Shown: positions 18,501 through 26,738 of the stretch, piece by piece | Numbering within the stretch: the first letter of the stretch is position 1 | Layout of the letters: the number at the start of each line of letters is the position of its first letter | DNA from: a virus | Lineage: Duplodnaviria > Caudoviricetes | Direction: 5' to 3' (one strand) | DNA length: 62,292 bases | IMG/VR virus record: IMGVR_UViG_3300022178_003030 | Coordinates: 1-62,292 of that record | Notes under the pieces: model-generated | What the model saw: only the letters and a program-made list of their open reading frames with translations | Told to the model about the DNA's origin: nothing | Databases searched by the model: none | Program-made: the position numbers and the translations under genes

Positions 18501-21500
18501 GAGAGCGCTTACACTATAGGTAGTGTAAGTGGAGAGATGGTGTTTTCAGGAAGGTTAGCCCCAAGGGGTTATTTTATACCAACTAAAGCAAAACAAGGGG
18601 AGAGGTTACAACTCAGTCCTATGCTTTTTAATAATCTGTGGAAAGCTTATGGTCAGGGACCTATGTTGCCATACCTTGGTGGGCTGTATTATCAATCTGT
18701 GTACGGTTCTAACAATAAAGGTCATATACATAATTTCCAACCAACCGACGAGCCCGCAACTTTACTTATAAATCAATTCTTTGATGATACTCTTACTTCG
18801 GCGTGGGAGCATGAGGCAAGATACTTGGGGTATAGTGAGGCTAATTCGTCGTTTTATAACAACGCTGTTGACGCCGATAAAGATTTATTTGTTTCGGCTA
18901 AACTTGACGATTCGGAGATAACCGCTTCAGAATTAGAGGCTAGGATTATCGACGCATCAGAGGAGAGAGCGGGGGGTAGATCCTTTAAAACCAGAGCTAC
19001 ACATTCCTTTGGGTTAGTGTACTATGACGAAAGGGGTCGAAGCGGAAACGTAAACCCTATTAAGTTCACAACTGTAAACGACGACGTATCAAATTCCGAG
19101 GGGGTCTATGTAAAGGGGTACTCAAATGATGAGAGGGCCGATAAGGGTCGCGTTAGCGTAGAAATAACTTTAGAAAACGATCCGCCTGCTTGGGCGCACA
19201 ACTATCAAGTCGTATATGGGGGGAATACAACAAAAGGGAACTTCATACAATATACAACGGGTGGGGCTTGTATAGCCAACTTAAACTTAAACACCGTTGG
19301 AGAGGATGAGGGAGAGGATCCACCAAGCACGAACATTTACGTATCGCTAAACTACTTACAGAATAATAAGGATGTTTCGTATGCTGAGGCTTTTGGGGCG
19401 GTTTCGCCACTAGGTAGAAAAGAATTATACACGTATAAAGAAGGGGACAAGCTGCGTGTTTTATCGTACTATACATCAACGGACAATCGTGTGTGGCCAC
19501 ATGATTATGAGTTCGATATATTAGGAGTGGAAACGGTAACCAACAACCCCGAAGAAAACATCTTCCGCAAAGCTTTTGAAAAAGACGATGATAATAACGT
19601 CGTGGCGGATTTCAGAACAGGGCAGTTCCTTGTGCTGAGAAATAACCCAAGGGCGGAAGGCTTTAATTACTCTAACGTAAAAGAAGCGGAAAACGAAGCG
19701 GAGACAACGTCTCACAACTGGAACGACGTGTGTGTGGTGGAAATATACTCCCCCTCGAAAAGCTTAGAAGAAGAAGAGCGCCTTTTCTATGAAACAGGAA
19801 AGGTTTATGACGTGGGTAGAAATAACGAAGGAGTCCCATACCATAAGACTAATTTTATAAAAATGACCAAGGGGGACGTGTGGTTTAGGCGCGGAGCTTT
19901 AGCCATACCTGAATTCGGAGATTTAGAACAGGACTCCGAGGGGAATAACCTTGAATCTTTTGGGATGTTTAAAAACCTTATCCAAAGAGGTAATGACGAA
20001 GGAGATAACTCCCCTAGGTTTAGGGACTACTACGTAGAGGCTATGACTTTTAGTGATGCTTTTGCGGGTAACAACGTGCTGTCTGTGGGTAAACCAAAGG
20101 CTATACGCCCTGATGAGCAACAGGTAAGGAAGCGGTCCTCTATTATATATTCCGACAAGCATAATTTCTCTAAGAAGAATATTAAATTTACCTCATTCAA
20201 TGGGACCGCCTCAAACTTTAAGGATTTACCAAATGAGTACGGCAGGATAAATTACCTTCAGAACAATTACGACTCCCTGCTGTGTATACAGGAGAATAAG
20301 TCTAGCTCGTTACCCGTAGAAAGAAATATTATCTCTGACGCTGCTGGATCAAAGAGCCTTATTACAACAGACCGAGTTATTGGGGTTCAAGCCTTTTTTG
20401 CTGGGGAGTATGGGTGTGATAATAACCCTGAGTCCGTAGTAAAAACTGACGCGGCTACCTATTTCGCCAGTAAAGCTAAAAGTGAAGTGTACCGACTTAC
20501 CGCTCAAGGTATTTCGGTTATATCTAATTTAGGCCTTAAGTCATATTTCTTTAGGATATTTGAGGAGGCGAAAGAAACGCAGGCGGCCAACGGGGGTAAG
20601 ATATATATGCCTGGGGGGTACGACCCACTTAAGGACGAGTTTCTTATAACTATAGGTAATCTCCCAAGCCTTGTTACTACTGGAGAAACCGTATATGTTG
20701 CTCCAGGACTCGGAGAAGTAGTAGAGGAGGCTATTTCAGGATTAGAATTAGCTGGCGACGGAAACGATGATCTACCCGATATAGAGATACCTGACGACAA
20801 CGCAGCTGTATTGGTTACCCCCCTTGAAGGTTTTTACGTAAACCCAAACAACACAGCAAATAATTTTCAAGTTGGAGGGAACGCAACGCATCAGGAATAC
20901 CTTACCCTCACCAATTTATCCTCAACCACAACGGCGGTAGTTAACGGTGTCGCGGTTACAGATTTGGGGGCTGGTTTTAATGCAAGCCCTTATATTACAG
21001 TTACACCAGGTGATGCGGTTATATCTCCCTCTTCAAGTTCATTACTAACTCTAAACATTGTAGCCCCAGAAACAATAGACGAATCGTTTGCAATCGTCAA
21101 TAGTGATACGGGGGCCACTTTTTATGAAGCTAGCGCTTTAGTTACTATATCGTTTACTAATGCTACGGATGTCACCTTCCCTGTATCTGTTGTTATAGAG
21201 GGGGGTGAAGATAGCTTAGCAACAGGGTCTGACTTCGTGGTAAGCTTTGCTGTTACGCAGCCAATAGGCACCAGTACGCTCTCACCTTCTGATCTTTCAA
21301 TTGATGGGTTATCGTCTGATTTTAACGCCGCTCAATATACTATAACCGTTAAGAATCAAGGTAACGTAGATGGAAGTTTTAGTATCAATGGCTTTTCGCA
21401 ACAGTTTTACGAAGACATCTTAATTGGAGGAGGTATACAGTATGGTGATGGCCAGGTTTATACTTGGGAGAATAGCGGGGGTGGGACGCAATCCCTACAC

Positions 21501-21887
21501 TATATAGACGTAGCGGCTGGGACCGAAGTGGATTTGATATTTAATATTGGATATAACCCAGATGTATTTGTGAGTGGAGATTCAATTAATTATGGGTATA
21601 CTCTTGATTTTTCTACTGGATCTACTGATGTAATGGAGGGTTCGGATTATAATTACCAGGGAAACATAACTATAAACATAGCTGGAGATTTCGTGCTTGT
21701 TGGAGATTTCAGCGGTAATGGTTATGTCGATATTCCAGATCTTCTAATTTTTCTTGGACAGTATGGGTCTACAGGTGATGATCTGATTTCTGACTTAAAC
21801 GATGATGGAACGGTTACAGCGCAAGACTTGCTGATTTTCTTAGAAAATTTTGGGAGAACAGCTCCCGACATCGACGGTCTAAACTAA
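15588..21887 (+). CDS. Tail stabilisation or muzzle (nozzle) protein, N-terminal part, with C-terminal Ig-like and dockerin-like appendages
   Basis: LYFTDNVNEPRK, FAYQ.LY..GEESALSTFS, AQAVVSDRLTYGNYVEGYD, SFKT...HSFGLVYYDERGR, FKDLPNEYGRI, GEYGCDNNPES and GGYDP are typical of crAss-like/Flavobacterial stabilisation proteins. Confidence 0.7.
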   Translation: MIDKIRPRKLNASSDSRQRKPDEMQDALNLVSSNDFRSEGDTTAGNDATGNAGVLKPTRGNIPLEVHTSGVDEIVGGSEGGKSRILGSVTDHENDVVYFFVYHQAAAFQGVYAYDPTGYLPEGTASTSYRKIYTSTQFKFPSNGFIKADIVRLSRPFDYEDKQYESQPVLYFTDNVNEPRKLHPLRALTESLLDYTAIDVKDFITACPKTPIHPIEAVFENDINDPTSAFEGLPGFQFAYQHLYKGGEESALSTFSDIAVPPAYYTQGSSTDAYLSSNNKCKLRIRQAIVYDAVNQNTLRSKEVKEIRILARVGNRGAWKVVEEVEAPQNDLIYDFYNRRIFGGFSQTDAIKPFDNLPQKAQAQAVVSDRLTYGNYVEGYDNVKVEAKATIVYHERPDDFSTLDIKVTPTIKPSGEASASGQQNKRAGYYIDTSNIPDAIGAGSYINFELFVRPNRNFHIYNSHQSFHGSRHLSLLDGDDQVSGTTTVRAPEVWGEGANLASTCSSYSDIQHMDNMWGRNTGIGAVNDNGEPELRWNTPGTTQADLTVNNPRCVFGTSAANPFILRGHNLHFSARLKVLGDIESGDGLTAAQTTIKNALVAALSGDVEYPYEANGLALLSSKSNPTYFINEALAGGNIETSTEEAISTPYRIPVASGGDTGGDDRKYLICSVGNYDVINESASLDDVRHQSPCGYFIANKAKVEFALNDIGSGFLELDLRNLSGLELLTAIPFIDAEAWKDDAYEARANGCGIVESGDDNKNYGVRDATYWSLDSLIIDSWYVYSKEYVLLGEFNPKIFTPIPTDFPRYMNGSSEANLGPGSPNPAQANGGSEPGIGKNAAIVRLDAYDSIDEGFLNSSMYQVRSKGGAGGANNFGESGCGNEFEQWYLQSYLKLVSRAAFNANGQDIITRDKLGRLRVVGYLDGVIETDFYAGGKEALEAGNGVSIVDGAIGPGGYFHGGENTRSGLGAAESAYTIGSVSGEMVFSGRLAPRGYFIPTKAKQGERLQLSPMLFNNLWKAYGQGPMLPYLGGLYYQSVYGSNNKGHIHNFQPTDEPATLLINQFFDDTLTSAWEHEARYLGYSEANSSFYNNAVDADKDLFVSAKLDDSEITASELEARIIDASEERAGGRSFKTRATHSFGLVYYDERGRSGNVNPIKFTTVNDDVSNSEGVYVKGYSNDERADKGRVSVEITLENDPPAWAHNYQVVYGGNTTKGNFIQYTTGGACIANLNLNTVGEDEGEDPPSTNIYVSLNYLQNNKDVSYAEAFGAVSPLGRKELYTYKEGDKLRVLSYYTSTDNRVWPHDYEFDILGVETVTNNPEENIFRKAFEKDDDNNVVADFRTGQFLVLRNNPRAEGFNYSNVKEAENEAETTSHNWNDVCVVEIYSPSKSLEEEERLFYETGKVYDVGRNNEGVPYHKTNFIKMTKGDVWFRRGALAIPEFGDLEQDSEGNNLESFGMFKNLIQRGNDEGDNSPRFRDYYVEAMTFSDAFAGNNVLSVGKPKAIRPDEQQVRKRSSIIYSDKHNFSKKNIKFTSFNGTASNFKDLPNEYGRINYLQNNYDSLLCIQENKSSSLPVERNIISDAAGSKSLITTDRVIGVQAFFAGEYGCDNNPESVVKTDAATYFASKAKSEVYRLTAQGISVISNLGLKSYFFRIFEEAKETQAANGGKIYMPGGYDPLKDEFLITIGNLPSLVTTGETVYVAPGLGEVVEEAISGLELAGDGNDDLPDIEIPDDNAAVLVTPLEGFYVNPNNTANNFQVGGNATHQEYLTLTNLSSTTTAVVNGVAVTDLGAGFNASPYITVTPGDAVISPSSSSLLTLNIVAPETIDESFAIVNSDTGATFYEASALVTISFTNATDVTFPVSVVIEGGEDSLATGSDFVVSFAVTQPIGTSTLSPSDLSIDGLSSDFNAAQYTITVKNQGNVDGSFSINGFSQQFYEDILIGGGIQYGDGQVYTWENSGGGTQSLHYIDVAAGTEVDLIFNIGYNPDVFVSGDSINYGYTLDFSTGSTDVMEGSDYNYQGNITINIAGDFVLVGDFSGNGYVDIPDLLIFLGQYGSTGDDLISDLNDDGTVTAQDLLIFLENFGRTAPDIDGLN

Positions 21888-21893
21888 CATAAT

Positions 21894-22799
21894 ATGACAT
21901 CAAACTCTAAAACAATAGCATTCGATAACGCTTTGAAGGTGTGGAAAACTAGATATAGCTTTACCCCAACAAACTATGCTTACCTAGACAGAAATATGCT
22001 TACAGGCAGGGAAAACAACACCGCTGATGAATTAGCATGGTTACATGATGTTAAGGGGGCTACTATAAACAACTTCTATAACGTCCAGCATCGTTCATCT
22101 CTAAAAGCCTCTTTCAATAAAGACTTATCAGCCAATAAGATATATAAAAGCTTATCCCTAGAAGGTACAGAGAACCTTAAAGGAGGGGTAAGCAAGTTCC
22201 TGGCCAACAACTCCTCACAGAAATCCCAAGCGCGGGATGCTGCAGTGGGTAAGCTATCTGAAAAAGGCGGTATCCTTTACGCTAATCTAGGACGCAACCC
22301 AAAGACTACGGGGAGTAACTTAAAGTTAGCGGGTGTAGTAACTGGTGCTGAGCAAATTTTTACAGGGGCTGATACGGGGCAAACTAAGTATGGGTTTTCT
22401 TATGATTCGTCTTTATATCTTCTTAAAATAGACTTCATCAACGGCTTTAACTTAAGCTCAAATCTCTTTGATGTACACATAGGTAACGAAAGCACATCCG
22501 ATTTTCACCAACCTAATAGCGAGTCTAATAGCGAATTAAACGCAAAGCTACCCAATGGTTTGATCGTGCAAAGCGAGGTTGATTTTATAAACACGGCTGT
22601 AGTACTTTTAAACACAGAAGCAGAGGCAGGAACATTAAACTATGCATACGTCCGTACACCCAATTCCGTTAACGGAGGCGACCCAAAAGGGCAGTATGCG
22701 GATATAGAGTTGGAATTTGGTACGTCAGGAACGGAAGATTTCGAGCTAGATATACTAAATTTGAACTATGAACGCACTAGGCTTGACCATAGTAGCTAA
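21894..22799 (+). CDS. Tail stabilisation or muzzle protein, C-terminal part as a separate ORF
   Basis: TIAFD...WKTRYSFTP, NNFYNVQ, KIYKSLSLEG and GDPKGQYA resemble the usual C-terminal region of this family. It is in the same frame as 15588..21887. Confidence 0.6.
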   Translation: MTSNSKTIAFDNALKVWKTRYSFTPTNYAYLDRNMLTGRENNTADELAWLHDVKGATINNFYNVQHRSSLKASFNKDLSANKIYKSLSLEGTENLKGGVSKFLANNSSQKSQARDAAVGKLSEKGGILYANLGRNPKTTGSNLKLAGVVTGAEQIFTGADTGQTKYGFSYDSSLYLLKIDFINGFNLSSNLFDVHIGNESTSDFHQPNSESNSELNAKLPNGLIVQSEVDFINTAVVLLNTEAEAGTLNYAYVRTPNSVNGGDPKGQYADIELEFGTSGTEDFELDILNLNYERTRLDHSS

Positions 22800-22807
22800 A
22801 AATACCT

Positions 22808-22815
22808 TAAATTTG
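22808..22815 (+). promoter_or_regulatory. Bacteroidota -7 promoter element (TAAATTTG)
   Basis: TAnnTTTG 5 nt upstream of ATG 22821. Confidence 0.55.
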
Positions 22816-22820
22816 CAACC

Positions 22821-23762
22821 ATGACACCAGAAGAAAGAGAAAAAGGAATACAAGCCTACATAAAGCAGGGCGCTGAGAAAGGTAAAACCATTTCTTATGA
22901 TGAAGCCGCTACGTTTATTGACTCAGAAGACGGTAAATCGTTTTTACAAGACCTTACTGACCCTGATGAAACGTCTTGGGAACTTGGTACGGCGGGTAAG
23001 ATTGGGGTGGGTGCAAAAGGAACTTCTGTGTTAGGTGAGATAATGAGCTTAGCTAAAGCAGGAGAAAGACAAAAAGAAACAGTCGACGCGTATAAAGATT
23101 TAGCTAGATTGTCTGGTGAGGCTACAGAAGTAGACCCGTCAGCAGTTAACTTAGCAACGTTAAGCGCTCGCGGTGATTCAGAGGATAGGGCGTCAACATT
23201 GGCGGAATTGCTAGACCAAGGGGTGGATCCAGCACAAGCTTCTAAAATTGTTCAGAATCAGCAGAAGCAAGACACGCAGCAGCTTACTGCACAGCTAGGA
23301 CAATACGGTCGGCAAAAGTTATCTGCAGACGAGTCGGCTAAGCGGAGGAGAATGAAATTTGACGAAATAGCAACCCAGGCGGGACTGCCTATTGATTACT
23401 GGAAAGGTGGGGCTGATATAGCAAGCCAGGCAGGAGACCTTGGTTTAGGTCTTGAAGCTCTAATGAACCCATTACCAACCGCTTCTGCTAGATCTGGGAT
23501 GAAGATGAAGTACGAGGATGGGGGTAATTTACAAACAACACAAGGGGCATCAGATCATTCTGAAAACCCTATGATGGTAACAAACAAAGACGGCTCACCA
23601 GCTGTAGACGAAGAAGGAAACCAGATAGAGGTTACAGGAAAAGAAACTATTATACCCGACTGGCTAATGGAACAACTTATAGCTGCAGCCAAGAAAGGAC
23701 CAAAAGAATTAAATAAAGTCTTTAAGGATGAAATTATAGACGAAGAAAGATTTCAAGCATAA
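22821..23762 (+). CDS. Putative internal virion or ejection protein
   Basis: Helical, Gly/Ala/Gln-rich, first of three genes after the tail module; contains SDHSENP..IEVTGKE. Confidence 0.55.
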   Translation: MTPEEREKGIQAYIKQGAEKGKTISYDEAATFIDSEDGKSFLQDLTDPDETSWELGTAGKIGVGAKGTSVLGEIMSLAKAGERQKETVDAYKDLARLSGEATEVDPSAVNLATLSARGDSEDRASTLAELLDQGVDPAQASKIVQNQQKQDTQQLTAQLGQYGRQKLSADESAKRRRMKFDEIATQAGLPIDYWKGGADIASQAGDLGLGLEALMNPLPTASARSGMKMKYEDGGNLQTTQGASDHSENPMMVTNKDGSPAVDEEGNQIEVTGKETIIPDWLMEQLIAAAKKGPKELNKVFKDEIIDEERFQA

Positions 23763-26737
23763 TGGCAAACGGACAACCAGGATTCGGAGATTCCTTATTT
23801 AAGCTCGCTTCACAGAGACAAGCAGCTCTCTCTGCAGAACAGGCTAGGAAATCAAACCAAGACAACTTACGTAGAAAAGACATAAACACTCTGTCAGGCT
23901 TTGATGCTGCAAGCATAGAGGGCGATCAACAACGAGCTATATTTGAGGAGGCGGTTGCTGACGTACAATCATATATATCTGGCACAGGGGAATATGAGGA
24001 TGCTCAATACGATCCCGTAAATTTTAAAAAGCAATTGATGAAAATCAATAGCATATATAACGGGTTTAAAGCGCACGGAGCTGGGGATGTTAAAACAGCT
24101 AGAGAAGCTCTTTATAACGACGCTTATACTGCAGGTGGGGTAGCTAGAGAAGGTGGTGAACTTGGGACTAACTTAATGTCAAACAATAACCCCTCTTCTT
24201 ATGATGAGTCGGTAGCTAACCATAACAATTACTTTGAGACGGCTAGAACAGCCAACGGTAAGACCATGTTTGATGAAAACGGACACCCTATGGGGTATCC
24301 TGTTGTAGATGGTGAAGTGGATAGATCTGCGGCTCCAGTGAGCTTGTTTAAGATGAACGCTTATGCTAACCCAGAAAGCTTTAGGGGGAATACGGTAGAG
24401 GTTCCTGCAGCCACGACGTTGGATATGGTGCAAGGTGAAAAGTATGTTGCAACTTTAAACAGGATAAACGAAAGCCTAGAAGGAGTTGAGGGTAAACCTC
24501 TTAGAGAGGTTCACGACATAGCTGTATCTAAGCTTTTTGATGATAAGTTTTCAAGCGCGGGTCAAAGTGAATTTAGAGAAACTTTACTTATCGACTTAGT
24601 GAGAGAGGGTAAGTTTCCTAGCGACGACAAAGAATTACAACAAGCTTTTATAAATGGTGAGTTTGATAATGAGGATTTAATTAAGCTTATACCAGGAGTT
24701 AGAAGAGACGCGGAGAAGATATACGCAGACAGAAGCTTTGATGTTGCAGCTCAGTCAACTCAAGCAAAAACAAGGTCAGGGACTTCTGGTCTAGGATCAG
24801 AGGATTCACCTTACGCAAGCATTCAAAATAGAGACTTAGGGCAAGGAGATGTTGGTAACGTCGGGGGAGAATATCAATTAAGGGTGCTTAAAGATCCAGT
24901 CGTTCAAGAAGGAAGTCTTTTTGGAGATTATTCCATAACTGCAGTAGGAATTAATGGAGACGGAGAAAGAATAGCTACGATAACGGAGACTACAACAACG
25001 GTTGATGACATTACAGGTGAGGAGACAACAGTAAAAACACCGAGAGAGTTAGTTATAAGTCCTGAAGCTGGAGGATTAGGTAGAGAGATTTACGACAGCC
25101 TTAGGTTGCAAGACCCTCGCATTCTTGTTGATCAACATGGGGAGTGGATCAACATGAATAAAGCTCGAAAAGAACAATTGCAAGCAGCTCAAGATGAAAA
25201 GGCGGCTAAAATAAAAGCACTGAAAGCCGAAGGTAAAACCCCAGAAGAAGCTCAAGCTATAGTTGACGCTGGCGGAGAAGAAGCTTATGATTTACAGCAA
25301 AGAGAAATTGCTTTACAGCCGCAGATAGATAACGCTCGTAGTATGCTTAGTGGGTTTGACGGTGGTTCATTCCTGAGGAAATTTTTAGAAGACGGAATGT
25401 CTCCAGAAGCAGCTAAGGTGCAGGTTGATAAAGCTAGAAAAGAAGCAGAAAATGCTGGTGTAACAGGTATTAAAGGTGTTACCGAGGCAGAAAAAAATCA
25501 GCTACTTAAAGATTTAGACAACAAAGAAATGTTGAATGACCCTAATGCTCCAGGCGTTACAGTGGCTGAGCACACCTCTAACATCATCCGAATGAAGTTT
25601 AACAACCAGGATCGGGTTCCGACAGAGGGTGATTTTGATGGTGATGGACAAGTAGGTCTTGTCGAAGGAGATGATGGGTATGTAGCGTTTGGAGAGCCTG
25701 GATATGGTTACAATGAAATGGAAGGAGAGGATTCGTTTGGAGACCCCGTAAAAGGCTACGAAGCTTTCTGGGCTCAACTAGGACCTGGAGATAAACAGTT
25801 TTACACCGAGCCAGCGGAGCACAAAAGAAAGAGATTAAAATTTGAAGCGGATAAAGCACCAAAATCAGAAGTTGGGAGCAAACCTATTGTGGAGTCAACT
25901 CCAGAAAGAAAAGCAGAGCTGGACGCTGAGTTAGCTAAACAGCAAGCGGATAGAGAAACGGCTACCAGGAACCGCCTCTTACAAGAGGAATTACGTTTAA
26001 AAGAAGTAGAAAGGTTAAAAGCTCTTGAGACTACTGGAAATCCAGACGCTGTAGAGCAGGAGAGTGAAACGCCAGAATATGAAATTTCAGAAGCAGCCGC
26101 TAATATTGTAAACACAACGATATCGGCTAATGAGGGTTATACTCCTGAGCTTCAAATAAACGTTCCTGATTCGCTTAATAGTGGTGTGACTATCGCGGGA
26201 TTAGATCTTGGAATAGAAGCAGGGGGTGCGGATGGAAAAATTGAAATTTTATCTAACTACTTAACCCCACAAGATGTTCAAGCTCTTAATACAATTAAAG
26301 GGAAAGTAGGGAAAGATGCTCAACAGGCTTTAGCTGAAGTTCAGGCTAAAGGCTTACTTACAAACGAATCAATGGGACTCACTCAACAGCAATTAAATGA
26401 AATTTCTGCTAGGCATTTAGATATAGTTTTACCTAGCCTTTACAAAGCCGTAGGAGGTGAAGATAAATTTTCTTCATTGCCTGATGATTTACAATCGTAT
26501 ATTGCTGATGTACAGTTTATGACTCCTGGGCCAACAACTTTAAAATCCATTAAAAAAGCTTTAGCTTCAAATAGCAAGTCCGATTGGGAAGCTGTTTTAA
26601 ATAACTACGAAAACTATTATGGCTCGGAAGAAAGTTTATCTAAAAAGATAAAAGAAGATAAGGTAAAAGAAAGCAATCTAAGAAGAGTTAAAAAGGCGGC
26701 TACCGCCGTTGAAAATTATATTAAAACATTAGCTTAA
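23762..26737 (+). CDS. Internal virion or ejection protein with C-terminal pesticin-like muramidase domain
   Basis: C-terminal EG-x(11)-NSGVTIAGLDLG resembles the pesticin/T4-lysozyme-like motif (EG...VP...SGVTI.G.DLG). Confidence 0.6.
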   Translation: MANGQPGFGDSLFKLASQRQAALSAEQARKSNQDNLRRKDINTLSGFDAASIEGDQQRAIFEEAVADVQSYISGTGEYEDAQYDPVNFKKQLMKINSIYNGFKAHGAGDVKTAREALYNDAYTAGGVAREGGELGTNLMSNNNPSSYDESVANHNNYFETARTANGKTMFDENGHPMGYPVVDGEVDRSAAPVSLFKMNAYANPESFRGNTVEVPAATTLDMVQGEKYVATLNRINESLEGVEGKPLREVHDIAVSKLFDDKFSSAGQSEFRETLLIDLVREGKFPSDDKELQQAFINGEFDNEDLIKLIPGVRRDAEKIYADRSFDVAAQSTQAKTRSGTSGLGSEDSPYASIQNRDLGQGDVGNVGGEYQLRVLKDPVVQEGSLFGDYSITAVGINGDGERIATITETTTTVDDITGEETTVKTPRELVISPEAGGLGREIYDSLRLQDPRILVDQHGEWINMNKARKEQLQAAQDEKAAKIKALKAEGKTPEEAQAIVDAGGEEAYDLQQREIALQPQIDNARSMLSGFDGGSFLRKFLEDGMSPEAAKVQVDKARKEAENAGVTGIKGVTEAEKNQLLKDLDNKEMLNDPNAPGVTVAEHTSNIIRMKFNNQDRVPTEGDFDGDGQVGLVEGDDGYVAFGEPGYGYNEMEGEDSFGDPVKGYEAFWAQLGPGDKQFYTEPAEHKRKRLKFEADKAPKSEVGSKPIVESTPERKAELDAELAKQQADRETATRNRLLQEELRLKEVERLKALETTGNPDAVEQESETPEYEISEAAANIVNTTISANEGYTPELQINVPDSLNSGVTIAGLDLGIEAGGADGKIEILSNYLTPQDVQALNTIKGKVGKDAQQALAEVQAKGLLTNESMGLTQQQLNEISARHLDIVLPSLYKAVGGEDKFSSLPDDLQSYIADVQFMTPGPTTLKSIKKALASNSKSDWEAVLNNYENYYGSEESLSKKIKEDKVKESNLRRVKKAATAVENYIKTLA

Positions 26738-26738
26738 T

